NCBI GenBank assembly: GCA_965240325.2
Contig: OZ251228.1
Location: 2,418,001 to 2,482,000 of the forward strand
Direction of reading: 5' to 3'
Length of the DNA: 64,000 nucleotides
DNA from: Rebecca billardiae RCC1528
Lineage: Eukaryota; Protista; Haptophyta
Made by a program: the position numbers and the translations under genes. A model generated the notes under the pieces. The model saw only the letters and a list, made by a program, of their open reading frames with translations, was not told the origin of the DNA and made no database searches. Shown piece after piece: positions 47,110 through 57,370 of this stretch (the stretch's first letter is position 1; every line of letters starts with the position of its first letter).

Positions 47110-48552
47110 TCCTCTCAACAATTGATTACCCTATGGAGAGCACACCTGCACATCACACCTTCTCCTGGCCGCCTAGGCTTGCATGGCGGGCACCTGCGGC
47201 CCCAGCACTCTCCATAGTCTCCATTCGGTCGAGCTGCACCCATCACCCATCATGACTTCAGCCCGGGTGGGTGACAATTGGAGGACTCCTCTGGGCAGCA
47301 CGTGAAGCCGGCCAGCTCGGACGTGACCGTGGCCGACAGGCTCTCTGCTGGCTCCCACACCTCTTGAGTCTTTCAGCCTAGCTTGTAGCACAGCGCGCCG
47401 CTGATTTTCGGCGGAGCCTCGTGTGCTGTACTACAGGGCATACCCAATCAGCAGGTGGGCCGCTGGCAGGCTAGGTGCATCTGGTGCACTGTGGTGGCCA
47501 TTCCCCGACCACCCGACCCGCAGAGACGTGGCCTGCGCACTGAAACCGCACTGCTCACGCCAGACTGTACTCAGTACTGCTATAGGCTGGCTGCGCTAGG
47601 CAGTATCAAAGGCCATCCAGCTGCTAAGCGCCAGGGCCCACTATACAGCTGCTACACTCCCAGCCAGCCAGCCCACAGCCTGCTCAGGGGGTGAATTTCC
47701 ATCCCTGACTGCCCTCGTGGTGGTCCAGCACGGTCCCCTCGCAGCACCTGTCAGCCAGTTGTGCACCTCCACCCGTCCCAGAAAGCCCTTGAGCCCGTCT
47801 TATTCGGCTCAGCGGGCTCAAACCCCGTACCGACGGTAGGTTTTGAGCTCAGTGACTATGAAATGGACTGGCAACGAATAGCTGCGGGTATTTTCAATAC
47901 CAGGGGCGGCCTTGATGTAGGGGGCTGGGACGACGGGTGGCATTCAATTTATCTGACTGACTCAGCCCACACACCCGCCCAGCTCATACAGTTTACTATG
48001 ATTTAACGTGCACACTTGGTTAAGGGCCCGTTAAGGCGTGAAATTGACGCCATCCAACACTGCACAAAGTGACAAAGACACCGCCACAAAACAGACCGGC
48101 GCAGGCAGGTGAGGGGCGCGTTGCCGCACCTCATCGAGGCGGCCATTGCAGCAAGCGGCCGCCCCGCGCTCGGAGGCACAGTACCCACCTGGTCTGTGAG
48201 GGCTATAGATGCAGTAACGATGACAGATAGCATGCAGCAGTGGGCCTCAAACAGTGACTGACGAGCTGGTATAGACAGCCAAACACAAGGGTAACCAATT
48301 GTTGAGGGGACTGATCTCGCCCGCCTGAGCTGTGTGCGTCTCTTATTCTTACAGTTTACTATGATTTAACGTAGTGCACACTTGGTTAAGGCGTGATTAG
48401 TAGCTAAACTGTAATGGCCGCCTCGATGAGGTGCCCACGGCAACGCGCCCCTCCGGACCCCTGCCCGTGCCCTGCCTGCGCCGGTCTGTTTTTTTCCACG
48501 ACTGCTTGCTTTAATATGGCTGGCGGCCTGAAGTTATTTGGCGCGGGCAAGG

Positions 48553-49935
48553 ATGGCAGCGGGCGCCGGGCACCAGTACATGAGCCACCTCGGGGACGCC
48601 GCCTCGTCGCACGGCGAGTGCGTCGTCTGCCTCGAGCGGCAGGCGCTCCGCCTCGCCGTACTCTGCGCGCCGAGCGGCCAGCGCGTCTGCCGCCACTTCG
48701 TGTGCTGGGACTGCGCGACGCAGCTGCCGGAGCCAATGCTCTGCCCGATCTGCCGCGCGCACGCCGCGCGCGCTGCGCTGCTGCCCGCGCCGCACCGCGA
48801 CCCGCGCACGCTCTTCGCCCTGGTGAACACGTCCGCCTCGCGCTACCTCAGCCGGCGCGACCTGCTCGACTACTGCGTCGCCGCCTCGGGGCTGCCGGCG
48901 CGCGCGGTGCGCGAGGAGGTGCACCGCCACTGGAGCAGCTGGGACGACGACGGCGACGGCGCGATCAGCTACACGGAGTTCGCGCGCGAGGTGTGCCCGA
49001 TGCTCGAGCGGTTCTACCTGCGCGAGGTCAAGGCGCTGCGCCGCCAGTCCGAGCCGCCGCCCGTCCCGCGCGACACCGAGGCCGCGCGCCGCTGGTTTGA
49101 CTTCTTCGACGAGGACGGCTCGGGCACGCTGGAGCGCGGCGAGGTGCTGCGCGCGCTGCGCAAGACGTTCCGCGGCATGGGCTCGGAGGAGCTCGGGCAG
49201 ATCCTCGCGGCGATCTGCCCGACGGACGAGCTCGACTTCCAGAGCTTCCGCTCCGGCCTGTACGAGTACCTGCAGGCGTACCTCCCGGCGGCGCTGCCGG
49301 GCGCGCGCTCCCCGCGGTCGGGCGAGGCGGCGGCCGAGGCGGAGGCCGGGGCGAGTGCGCGACACGGCCGCGGGCCGCCGCCGCCGGGCGCGGGCAGATC
49401 CGCAGAGGCGGCGGCGTACGGCGCCGAGCACGTGGCGGCCGACGACTCCGCGCCGCCGCTCACGAGCCCGCTCCCGCCGACGGCGCACGCCGCGGCCGCG
49501 GCCGACATGCCCGCGTTTGCGCGCGCGCAGGAGGCGCTCGGCGCGCACAAGCGCTCGTTCGAGCAGCTGGTGGACAACATCAACCACGGGCTGTACGAGG
49601 GGGTGCGCGAGGTGCTCGCCGTCGACGCGGGCGTGCTCTCGCGCAAGCGCGCGCAGCTCGCGCAGCTGCAGCGTCGCGTGGACAAGCACCGCGACGCTCT
49701 GCGCCGGCTGGACGACGAGCGCGACCGCATCGATTTGAGCGAGCTCGACAGCCACCCAGAGCTGCGCGAGCCGCTCAGGCAGCGCCGGCGCGTCTTCTGC
49801 GACGTCGCGGGCGTGCTGGCGGAGCGGCTCGAGCGGGACAAGGTGCTAGTCGAGGGGGTCGACGAGCTCCTGCGCCGCGCCGCGGAGCCCGTCGATCTGG
49901 GCGGACTGATGCGTCGTGTGCAGACCGATCGTTGA
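48553..49935 (+). CDS. RING-HC finger plus EF-hand protein with C-terminal helical (possibly BAG-like) domain
   Basis: CVVC..CRHFVCWDC..CPICR (C3HC4); EF loops DDDGDGAISYTE and DEDGSGTLERGE; intronless. Alternative start 48580. Confidence 0.85.
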   Translation: MAAGAGHQYMSHLGDAASSHGECVVCLERQALRLAVLCAPSGQRVCRHFVCWDCATQLPEPMLCPICRAHAARAALLPAPHRDPRTLFALVNTSASRYLSRRDLLDYCVAASGLPARAVREEVHRHWSSWDDDGDGAISYTEFAREVCPMLERFYLREVKALRRQSEPPPVPRDTEAARRWFDFFDEDGSGTLERGEVLRALRKTFRGMGSEELGQILAAICPTDELDFQSFRSGLYEYLQAYLPAALPGARSPRSGEAAAEAEAGASARHGRGPPPPGAGRSAEAAAYGAEHVAADDSAPPLTSPLPPTAHAAAAADMPAFARAQEALGAHKRSFEQLVDNINHGLYEGVREVLAVDAGVLSRKRAQLAQLQRRVDKHRDALRRLDDERDRIDLSELDSHPELREPLRQRRRVFCDVAGVLAERLERDKVLVEGVDELLRRAAEPVDLGGLMRRVQTDR

Positions 49936-51235
49936 CGTGCGGCTGACACTGACAGTTTCAGCTGACACGCAACACTAACTACGGCTACGCCGAAAGGCCC
50001 GATAACGCGTCGCCGCCTCGACGGGCCCGGTGCCCGGTCGGCCGGTACGGCCGATCGGGCGGAATTGATGACGAATATATTATATAGTACTTAGTAGGAC
50101 CGCGCGTTCCGCGGTCCTTTTCTGCATATATAGAACCATCATCGTCAACGCAGTTGGCGCCTGCGAGCGCGCCTGCACGTGCCTGTGCCTCCGGACCCGC
50201 CTCCCGCTTGCTGCTCACGCAGTCAGCTGCGACCGTGGCGCATGATCGCAGAAGCAGTGCCGGCAGTACGGCCTGCATCAGCTAGTGCCGCGCCGTCGTG
50301 GCGCGCGCGGTAGTTGCGTTTCGGTTTGCAGCGCTCACGCGCTCGGCGCCAGCACGCGCGTGCGGCTCAGGTGTGTCAAATGCGGTCTCGTCGGCGCGTT
50401 TTCGCCTGCCACCTCGTGCACCCGTGCCGCCAGCTTCATCGTCTTTATGAGGACTGCTGCTGCTGTCGCCATCCGCTCTCCATCACCCGAGTCGCGCGGC
50501 GCCGCGCGGTAGCCTTTTTCCATTTAGCAGCTGCGTGCACACGGCACAGTGTCACCACAGCGGCTTCCCAGCAGTCGTCGACAATTGCGTCGTCAGAATC
50601 CTCCTCGTCGTCGGCTTCCACGGACTCCTTCAGTACTCCGACTAGTCCGCGAGCTCTGCGGCACGACTCACTCGGCACGATCGCGGACAGGTCGCCCGGA
50701 TCCGAGCTGATTGATCAGCCAGTTGGACATTTGGCAGCTAGTTGTCAGACGGACGTCCGATTTGACCGGTGCGGTCTCAGGTCCGCTGCTGTGATTAGAG
50801 TCTCGCGCTGCTGTGAAGTGTTCGAGTAGTGAGTGAGTCTCGCTCGAAGTCGCAGGCAGGCGACGGTCGGACTGCAGAACCGCGTACTTCAACTGCTGGC
50901 GAACTGGCCACGGGGGAGAGTGACGCGATGGCACTCGGCCACCGCGGGTCCCCAACACTAAAGTCGTAGTAGCCTAGTTAACTCAATATATATATATATA
51001 TATAATATACTACCCGTGCGCAGCGTAATAACGGTCTCCGACGGCGTAGTACTGAACCGTGAGGCGTGACGGCTCGCACTGCTCGTTATAGTCGTCGTGC
51101 GATCGTACATTCTTAGGCGCGTTCAACAATCAACCGCGCTCGCGCGGACGAGCGACGCGCGTCTCGCCGCCTCGTCATCTGAAAAGTGCAAGCTCTTAAA
51201 TCTGAAACTAGGCTAGCCGTGCGAACGCAGCGTGG

Positions 51236-52582
51236 CTACTCCACCCCACGGCGCGATGGCTCGGCGGCCGCCGCAGCGGCGCCGGCCATCGCTGGTGCGC
51301 CCGCGCCCGCCACAGCTGCGTCCGCCGCAAGCTTGCGCAGCGGGTCCTCGCGCGCCGCGCTCTCGCCGACGACGACGGGGCACGCGGCGGGCGCGGCCGC
51401 GTGCGGGCTCGCCGCGAGCCGCTCGTGCATGCACAGCTCGCGCCCCTTGGCGCGCAGCCACTCCACAGCGTGCTCGAGCGGCGCGGGCTCGGCGCCGCCC
51501 GCCTGCGCCGCGCCGTCCGCGTCGGTCGGCGCCGCGCCGTCCGCCACCGCGCCGTGCACGCGCGAGCCGTGGAAGACCATCAGCGCGAGCGCCACCGGCA
51601 GGTGCAGCAGCGAGCCGAGGAAGAGCCGCCGCGCCGAGCCCTGCGACTTGCGCTGCCAGAAGCGCGCGGCGAGCGCGAGGAGCGCGCCGTTGAAGAGGAG
51701 CGACTCGACGGCGTACATGGGCGAGGTGACGCCGGCGGCCGAGGTCGCGACCGGCACCGCCGCGAGCGCGAGCGCGTACCCCAGGCAGTGCGCCGCCGTG
51801 CGCGTGCCGGCCGCGTCAAACAGCGGCAGCATGCGGTAACCGCCCGCGGCGTAGTCGACGCGGTGGAGCCACGCGAGCGCGTAGAAGTGGGGCATCTGCC
51901 AGAGGAAGAGGGTCGCGCCGAGCGCGAGGGGCTCGGCGCCGCAGAGCGAGCCCGTCGCCGCGGTCCAGCCCATCAGCGGCGGCAGCGCGCCCACCACCGC
52001 GCCCACCGCCGTGTTGGCGGGCGTGAGCACCTTGAGTGGCGTGTACACGCCCGCGTACAGCGCAATGTTGGCCGCGCCGAGCGCGGCGGTGAGCGGGTTC
52101 GCGCACGCGTAGAGCATCGTGACGCCGACCGTGCCCGACGTCGCGGCGAACGCGAGCGCGTGCGCCGGCGAGATCTTGCCCGACGGCAGCGGGCGGCGCG
52201 CGGTGCGCTTCATCCGCGCGTCGCGCGCCTTCTCGTACGTCTGGTTGAGCGTGTTGGCGCACGCGGAGGCGAGGAAGGTGCCCGCGAGCGTGGGCGCGAG
52301 GACGGTGGCGTCGAAGGGCGGGCCGGCCATGGCGTACCCCGCGGAGGTCGTGAGCACGACCAGACCGCTCAGCCGGTACTTGGCCAGCTCGAGGTAGATC
52401 GACGGCCACTCGGCGAGGCCGACCGCCGGCGGGCTGTCGGCGGACGATGGACCGGCGAGCGCGGATTTGTCCGCGGCGCCCGCGGTCGTGGTGCTCAAGG
52501 GCGCTGCCGATGCGCGCAGGCGGCACGGCAGGCCCACCGCGCACCGCGCGGCTCGCGCCGAGCACGCGCGGCGAGCGAGCAT
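51236..52582 (-). CDS. COX10: Protoheme IX farnesyltransferase (heme O synthase), mitochondrial
   Basis: Arg-rich presequence MLARRACSARAAR; YLELAKYRLSGLVVLT, NTLNQTYEKARDARMKRTARRPLPSG, LYAGVYTPLK, VGAVVGALPPLMGW, LWQMPHFYAL, DYAAGGYRMLP. Confidence 0.95.
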   Translation of the reverse strand: MLARRACSARAARCAVGLPCRLRASAAPLSTTTAGAADKSALAGPSSADSPPAVGLAEWPSIYLELAKYRLSGLVVLTTSAGYAMAGPPFDATVLAPTLAGTFLASACANTLNQTYEKARDARMKRTARRPLPSGKISPAHALAFAATSGTVGVTMLYACANPLTAALGAANIALYAGVYTPLKVLTPANTAVGAVVGALPPLMGWTAATGSLCGAEPLALGATLFLWQMPHFYALAWLHRVDYAAGGYRMLPLFDAAGTRTAAHCLGYALALAAVPVATSAAGVTSPMYAVESLLFNGALLALAARFWQRKSQGSARRLFLGSLLHLPVALALMVFHGSRVHGAVADGAAPTDADGAAQAGGAEPAPLEHAVEWLRAKGRELCMHERLAASPHAAAPAACPVVVGESAAREDPLRKLAADAAVAGAGAPAMAGAAAAAAEPSRRGVE

Positions 52583-52721
52583 CAAGCCCGCCGCGAACGA
52601 GCAACACCACGGGCCCGTAATCGCACCTTCAGCTTCGACAGCGCGCTCGAAAGGCCAGGTCGACGAGCTCAGTTTCGGTGCGCAGCTCGGTTTCGTCACT
52701 CCTCGTCCTGTCAAGTCGGCC

Positions 52722-54500
52722 ATGGCGGCGGCGCGATTGCTCGGGGTGCTCGTGGCATTCGGTGGCGGCACCTCCCACGCACTGGACGGCGTGCCGCGTC
52801 CACTCGCGGCGCGCGCCGACGAGGCGATGCTTGGACGCGCCATTCTACACGCCAATGCGGCGGACCCCGGCTGGCAACGGCTGTTTGCGCGCCTGTCCTC
52901 GGGCCTGCCGATCAGCGCGCTCGCGCTCGGCTCGTCGGTCACAGGGACGACCGGCGGCTGCACGCACTCCGTCGTGCCGTGGTGCGAGCAGTGCTGCGGC
53001 TCGCGCGACTACGGGAGCCACGCACGCCCCGGGAGTGGCTGGCTGCGCATCCCCTTCGACTGGCTGAACAGCACGTGGCCGCACCGCGACCACCGGCTGT
53101 ACAACGCTGGCAAGCCCGCGACGCCCATCGGCGCCTACGCCGAGTGCATGCGCGCGTGGATGCCCGCGCCTGTCGACCTGTGGATCCTTGAGGTGGGCGC
53201 CGCGCCCAGCAAGCCCGCCGACCTCGAGCGCATCGTGCGCGTCGCGCGCTCGCTCCCCGGCACAGACGGCACCGGCCCGCCGGCGATTCTTCTCGTGGTG
53301 CTCGCGGACTGGTGCCTGGACAATGGGCACAAGCACGTGCGCGGCTGTCCGCTGCCCAAGCAGCGTCAATCGGACGACTTGCTCACCGTGCGCAACGGCT
53401 TCTTGGCGCAAGGCAGGGCGCACACGTCCATCGAGGACCTCGTCGCGCTGCTCTCGCGCTACTACGGCCTGCGCGCGGTGTCGCTGCACGACGCGTGGTG
53501 GCCGGGGCTGTGGCGCCTCACCTCGCCGGGCGGCGGCGCCACGGGGACCTGGCTGGGGGAGCTCACCGCGGACGGCATTCACCCGGCGCCGGCGGGCATC
53601 GAGATGCTCGGCGACGTGGTGCGCGACGCGCTGTGGCAGGCGTACCGCCTGTCTCGATGGCACGCGCCCACGCCACGCCCCGGCCCATCCACCGCGGCAG
53701 CTCAGCCGCACGAGACGACGGCTCACGCGCAGGGCGCCGCGCGTCTGCCGCCACCACTCCATACCTCTGCCAACCTGCGCGCGCGCGCGTCGATGGTGTG
53801 CTACGGCTTTGACGCCAACCTCGGGGAGCGCGCGCGGGGCCGCCGTGGCCGTGTGTCCCGCTCGGTACTGCACGCCATCAGCGCGGAGGGCGGCACGCTG
53901 GTCGCGCAGCTGCTGCCGAGCACAGGCGGCGCGCCCGCCGGCGCGGCGCGCGCGCCGGCCGCGGCGCCAGGCTGGCAGTTCATCGAGTACGAGAAGGGCT
54001 CGCGGACGCAGCTCAAGCCGGGGCTGCGGGCGGAGACGCCGGGCGCAGTCGCGCGCATCCAGCTGCTGCCCGTCACGCGGCGCGCGTTCACGGCGTACAG
54101 CGCCTCGCGCGAGGCGCACAATGGCACCGCGGCGCTCAGCCCCGTCAGCAGCTCGCTGCTCGGCGGAGCCGATCCCTCCGGCGCACAGCTGAGGCGGCCG
54201 TACGTGCTCGTGCGCTACCTCAAGTCGTACGAGGGCATGGGCATCGCACGTGCCACGTGCGAGGGCGCGTGCGCGTGCGCCCCGGCGGAGATGGACGGCC
54301 ACCTCTCGCAAAAGTACTCCGTGGTCGGCACCGAGGCGCTGCGAGACGTGCGGCTCGACGCGAGCGCGCTGCGGACGGGCGCGCCGTGCGTGCTGCGCGT
54401 CGAAGTGCTCCAGCGTTCCAGCTCGCCCACGCGTGGCCACCGATGCAAGCTTGTGCAGATTGTCGTGGGCGACGAGGACGACGAGGCGCACCGCCAGTAG
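52722..54500 (+). CDS. Secreted SGNH-hydrolase-like protein
   Basis: Signal-like MAAARLLGVLVAFGGG; block I ALGSSVT, NAG, DLWILE, block V DGIHP (DxxH); C-terminal beta-rich region (YLKSYEGMG..C..C). Divergent from COX10 with a 139-bp gap. Confidence 0.75.
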   Translation: MAAARLLGVLVAFGGGTSHALDGVPRPLAARADEAMLGRAILHANAADPGWQRLFARLSSGLPISALALGSSVTGTTGGCTHSVVPWCEQCCGSRDYGSHARPGSGWLRIPFDWLNSTWPHRDHRLYNAGKPATPIGAYAECMRAWMPAPVDLWILEVGAAPSKPADLERIVRVARSLPGTDGTGPPAILLVVLADWCLDNGHKHVRGCPLPKQRQSDDLLTVRNGFLAQGRAHTSIEDLVALLSRYYGLRAVSLHDAWWPGLWRLTSPGGGATGTWLGELTADGIHPAPAGIEMLGDVVRDALWQAYRLSRWHAPTPRPGPSTAAAQPHETTAHAQGAARLPPPLHTSANLRARASMVCYGFDANLGERARGRRGRVSRSVLHAISAEGGTLVAQLLPSTGGAPAGAARAPAAAPGWQFIEYEKGSRTQLKPGLRAETPGAVARIQLLPVTRRAFTAYSASREAHNGTAALSPVSSSLLGGADPSGAQLRRPYVLVRYLKSYEGMGIARATCEGACACAPAEMDGHLSQKYSVVGTEALRDVRLDASALRTGAPCVLRVEVLQRSSSPTRGHRCKLVQIVVGDEDDEAHRQ

Positions 54501-54701
54501 CTCCGCTCATTGGGCTCCGCTCCGCCGCGGTTCGCCTGCGATACTGACGCCTGCCCGTTGTGGTTCGGCAGCATGCCACTGCTGTGCCACTGGCAGGCCA
54601 CGAGTCACGATACGACGACCGGGCGTCGTCGTTATTAATTACGTATATATATATATTTATAGTATATATAAGCATGTATATTATTAATACTATAGCTTAC
54701 C

Positions 54702-55376
54702 GGCCACCCGAAGCACACTCGGGTGACTGGGCCGTGTACTCAGTGTAGCGACGCGCGTGGTGGGTCGATAGTGCATATAGCGAAGGCGTCGCACGCGCAA
54801 TCCGTTGAGTACATACGATCATGTCTGTCCCATGGCACGTAATGCACCGCCGTGTCACCGACACCTCGTCTCGCTTGACGCTTCGCGCAGAGCTGGCCAA
54901 CTTGTGGTGTGCGGGACGGCTACCCGAAGCACAGGCTGTGCTGCGCGCGGTGCGTCGCGAGTCGGGAGTGCATCGGAACACACGGCGGTGCATGACGCGC
55001 CATGGGACAGACATGAGTATGTACTCAACGGATTGCGCGTGCGACGCCGTCGCGATGCATTGTATTTGTTGACCCGCCACGCGCGTCGCTACACGACCCA
55101 GTGTGCTTCGGGTGGCTCCCGCACACCACAAGTTGGCTCCGCGCGAGGCGAGACGAGGTGTCGAGTGGCAACATGCGGCTGGGGATGTCTTTGTTGGTGC
55201 ACGGAGCGCCAATCTACGGCTCGGCTGCCACTAGTGGATAAGCGTTCACGCGCCAGAGCCCGCGAGAGGGGCGCGGGGCCAGATTGACCAGGGTCAGGGT
55301 GCCACTGTCCAGTTTCTGTTGGCGGTGTCGCAGAGCGACCCGCCGGCCGTTACAGGGCCATTAGAAGGCGGTGCAT
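54702..55376. mobile_element. Second, left-truncated copy of the 43449-44458 palindromic element
   Basis: Internal palindrome ~54702-55116 and the same right end GTGTCGCAGAGCGACCCGCCGGCCGTTACAGGGCCATTAGAAGGCGGTG. Confidence 0.75.
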
Positions 55377-55411
55377 TCAACCGGTCATCGTCAACTCAGC
55401 TGTCTGACTCA

Positions 55412-55532
<121 letters not shown>

Positions 55533-55556
55533 TCACATTGCTACTGTCATCGTTAC

Positions 55557-57195
55557 GACCGCGTTCCGCGGTCCTTTTCCGTAGAACGAACGTAGTTCGG
55601 GGCCCGCGGTGGCGGTGCACCCTCCGTCGCAGTCGTCCCGTACGTAACTAGACTCCATCCAGCGGCGCGCCGCCCAGCGCCGCGCCGCCGCCGGCCCGGC
55701 CGGCCGGCCGGGCGCGGGCGCGTCGGCGGCTGGCGTGCGCCGAGTGTGGATGTCGGTCGTCGGCCGAGCTGCCCTCATCACAGACGGCCCTTACCTGACC
55801 CCCTGCGCGTGCGCGACGGCCGACAGGCGGATGCGACTCGGCGTGATCGACGCACGAGCGCGACTCTTGCACGCCAGGCCACCGGCGGAGCTGACTGACA
55901 GCCAGGGAGCCGACGGTGCGGGACCGCTCATTCGACCGTTCGTTCGGGCCTGCCGCTGACCGTCGTCGCCGCGACGCCAGCAGCGCAGGAGTAGATGATC
56001 TGCAGGTCAGTAGGGTTCGACCTGCGCGCCTGCGCGACGGCCGACAGGCGGGCGCGAGGCGTGAGCGACGCATGAGCGCGACTCTACGTGCACACCAGGC
56101 GACACGCGGCCTGAGCTGACTGACCGAGCCAGGGAGCACGGTGCGAGCAGCCATGCAGCACCGGTGCTTGCGCGCGCCGCGCGTGCACGGGGTGACACAC
56201 CTCGGTCAGGCTCGGCACGCGTCGCAGAGGCACGGCCAGCTCTGGGCACGCCAGGCGCCCAGGCCACGCGGAGCTGACAGCCACGGGGAGCCGACGGCGC
56301 CGGGGCCGCGGCCAGTTCGACTTGCGCCTGCTCTGAAGAAGAGTTCTGGGAGACCCTGGCGGAGAGGCATGGCAAGGGGGGCGTGTGGTGAAGTCGGAGA
56401 CTCAGAGATCGATCAGTCCGGCATCATGCGCCGCTGCCCCCGAGCTTGCGAGAGCCCGAACACAGGGCGGCGGCTGCGGCGGCGGCGGCGCGGCCGCGCG
56501 GCCGGCCGCGCAGGCATCGACAGGGCGCGGCAGGGGCGTGCGGAGTGACTAGTGAGCGGGCACGAACGCGATGTCGACGGCCGTCGGGACCCGCCGCAGA
56601 CGCGCGCTCCAGGCGCCACTCGGCACTCGCCACGCGCACCTGCCCATCGGCATCGAGCGCCCCCTTGGAGGCTTGGACCAAGAGTCGTCGCGGCTCGCTC
56701 GCCACCCCCGAAGGAACCTGCGCACGTGCTTGCGACGGCGGCAGATTTTGAGCTCGCCAGCTCGGTAAGTCAGTGACTATGGAATGGGCTGGCAACGAAT
56801 AGCTGCGCGGGTATTTTCAATAAGGCTTGCGGGGTTTAGACTCTAGATACCAACCGCCGCGAAGCCAAGTTCATATTCATCAAGGCGGAGGCAAACTATC
56901 ACACTACATGAACGAGAGTCTACCCACAAAATTTACCCAGCCTGGCACACTTGGGCGTGGGTTTCGTTGATGATTCCTCTGCATGTTCACTATTCAAGAC
57001 GGCGGCCGCGTCCTTTTTCGACGCTAATGCACCTGTCGTAAGGGAGTCTCAAAATCGAAACTCGGTCTCCTCCAGCCCTAAAAAATCGCCCCCCGTCCCT
57101 TTTTTCTTGATCAAAGATCTTTTTGAAACGTGGTTCGGGCCCGCTGGTGCGGGCTCCACGCTGCGCGCTCCGCCGCCCTGCACCGCGGGCCATAA
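55557..57195 (-). mobile_element. Helentron/DINE-like element, family B copy 2 (1.64 kb)
   Basis: 5' subTIR at 57179-57191 plus ATAA; 3' subTIR (with a 6-bp duplication) at 55601-55619; hairpin 55557-55573. Confidence 0.7.
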
Positions 57196-57275
57196 ATATA
57201 TATATAATCGACTTACTGTGAGTTACATTAACCGGCTACGCCGCGCCTGAGTGCGCCGTCACGTCGTCTAATTCC

Positions 57276-57276
<1 letters not shown>

Positions 57277-57364
<88 letters not shown>
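57277..57364. repeat. (TA)n microsatellite
   Basis: Read directly. Confidence 0.95.

Positions 57365-57370
<6 letters not shown>

Noticed and set aside
50285-50960. Coding-like minus-strand fragments (VLKESVEADDEEDSDD...)
   Set aside because: Short, frame-broken and without recognisable family; possibly decayed cargo but unsupported as a feature.
52583-52963. Upstream extension of the COX10 ORF and the 52467 start of the SGNH ORF
   Set aside because: They would overlap each other; targeting peptides begin at ATG 52582 (-) and 52722 (+).
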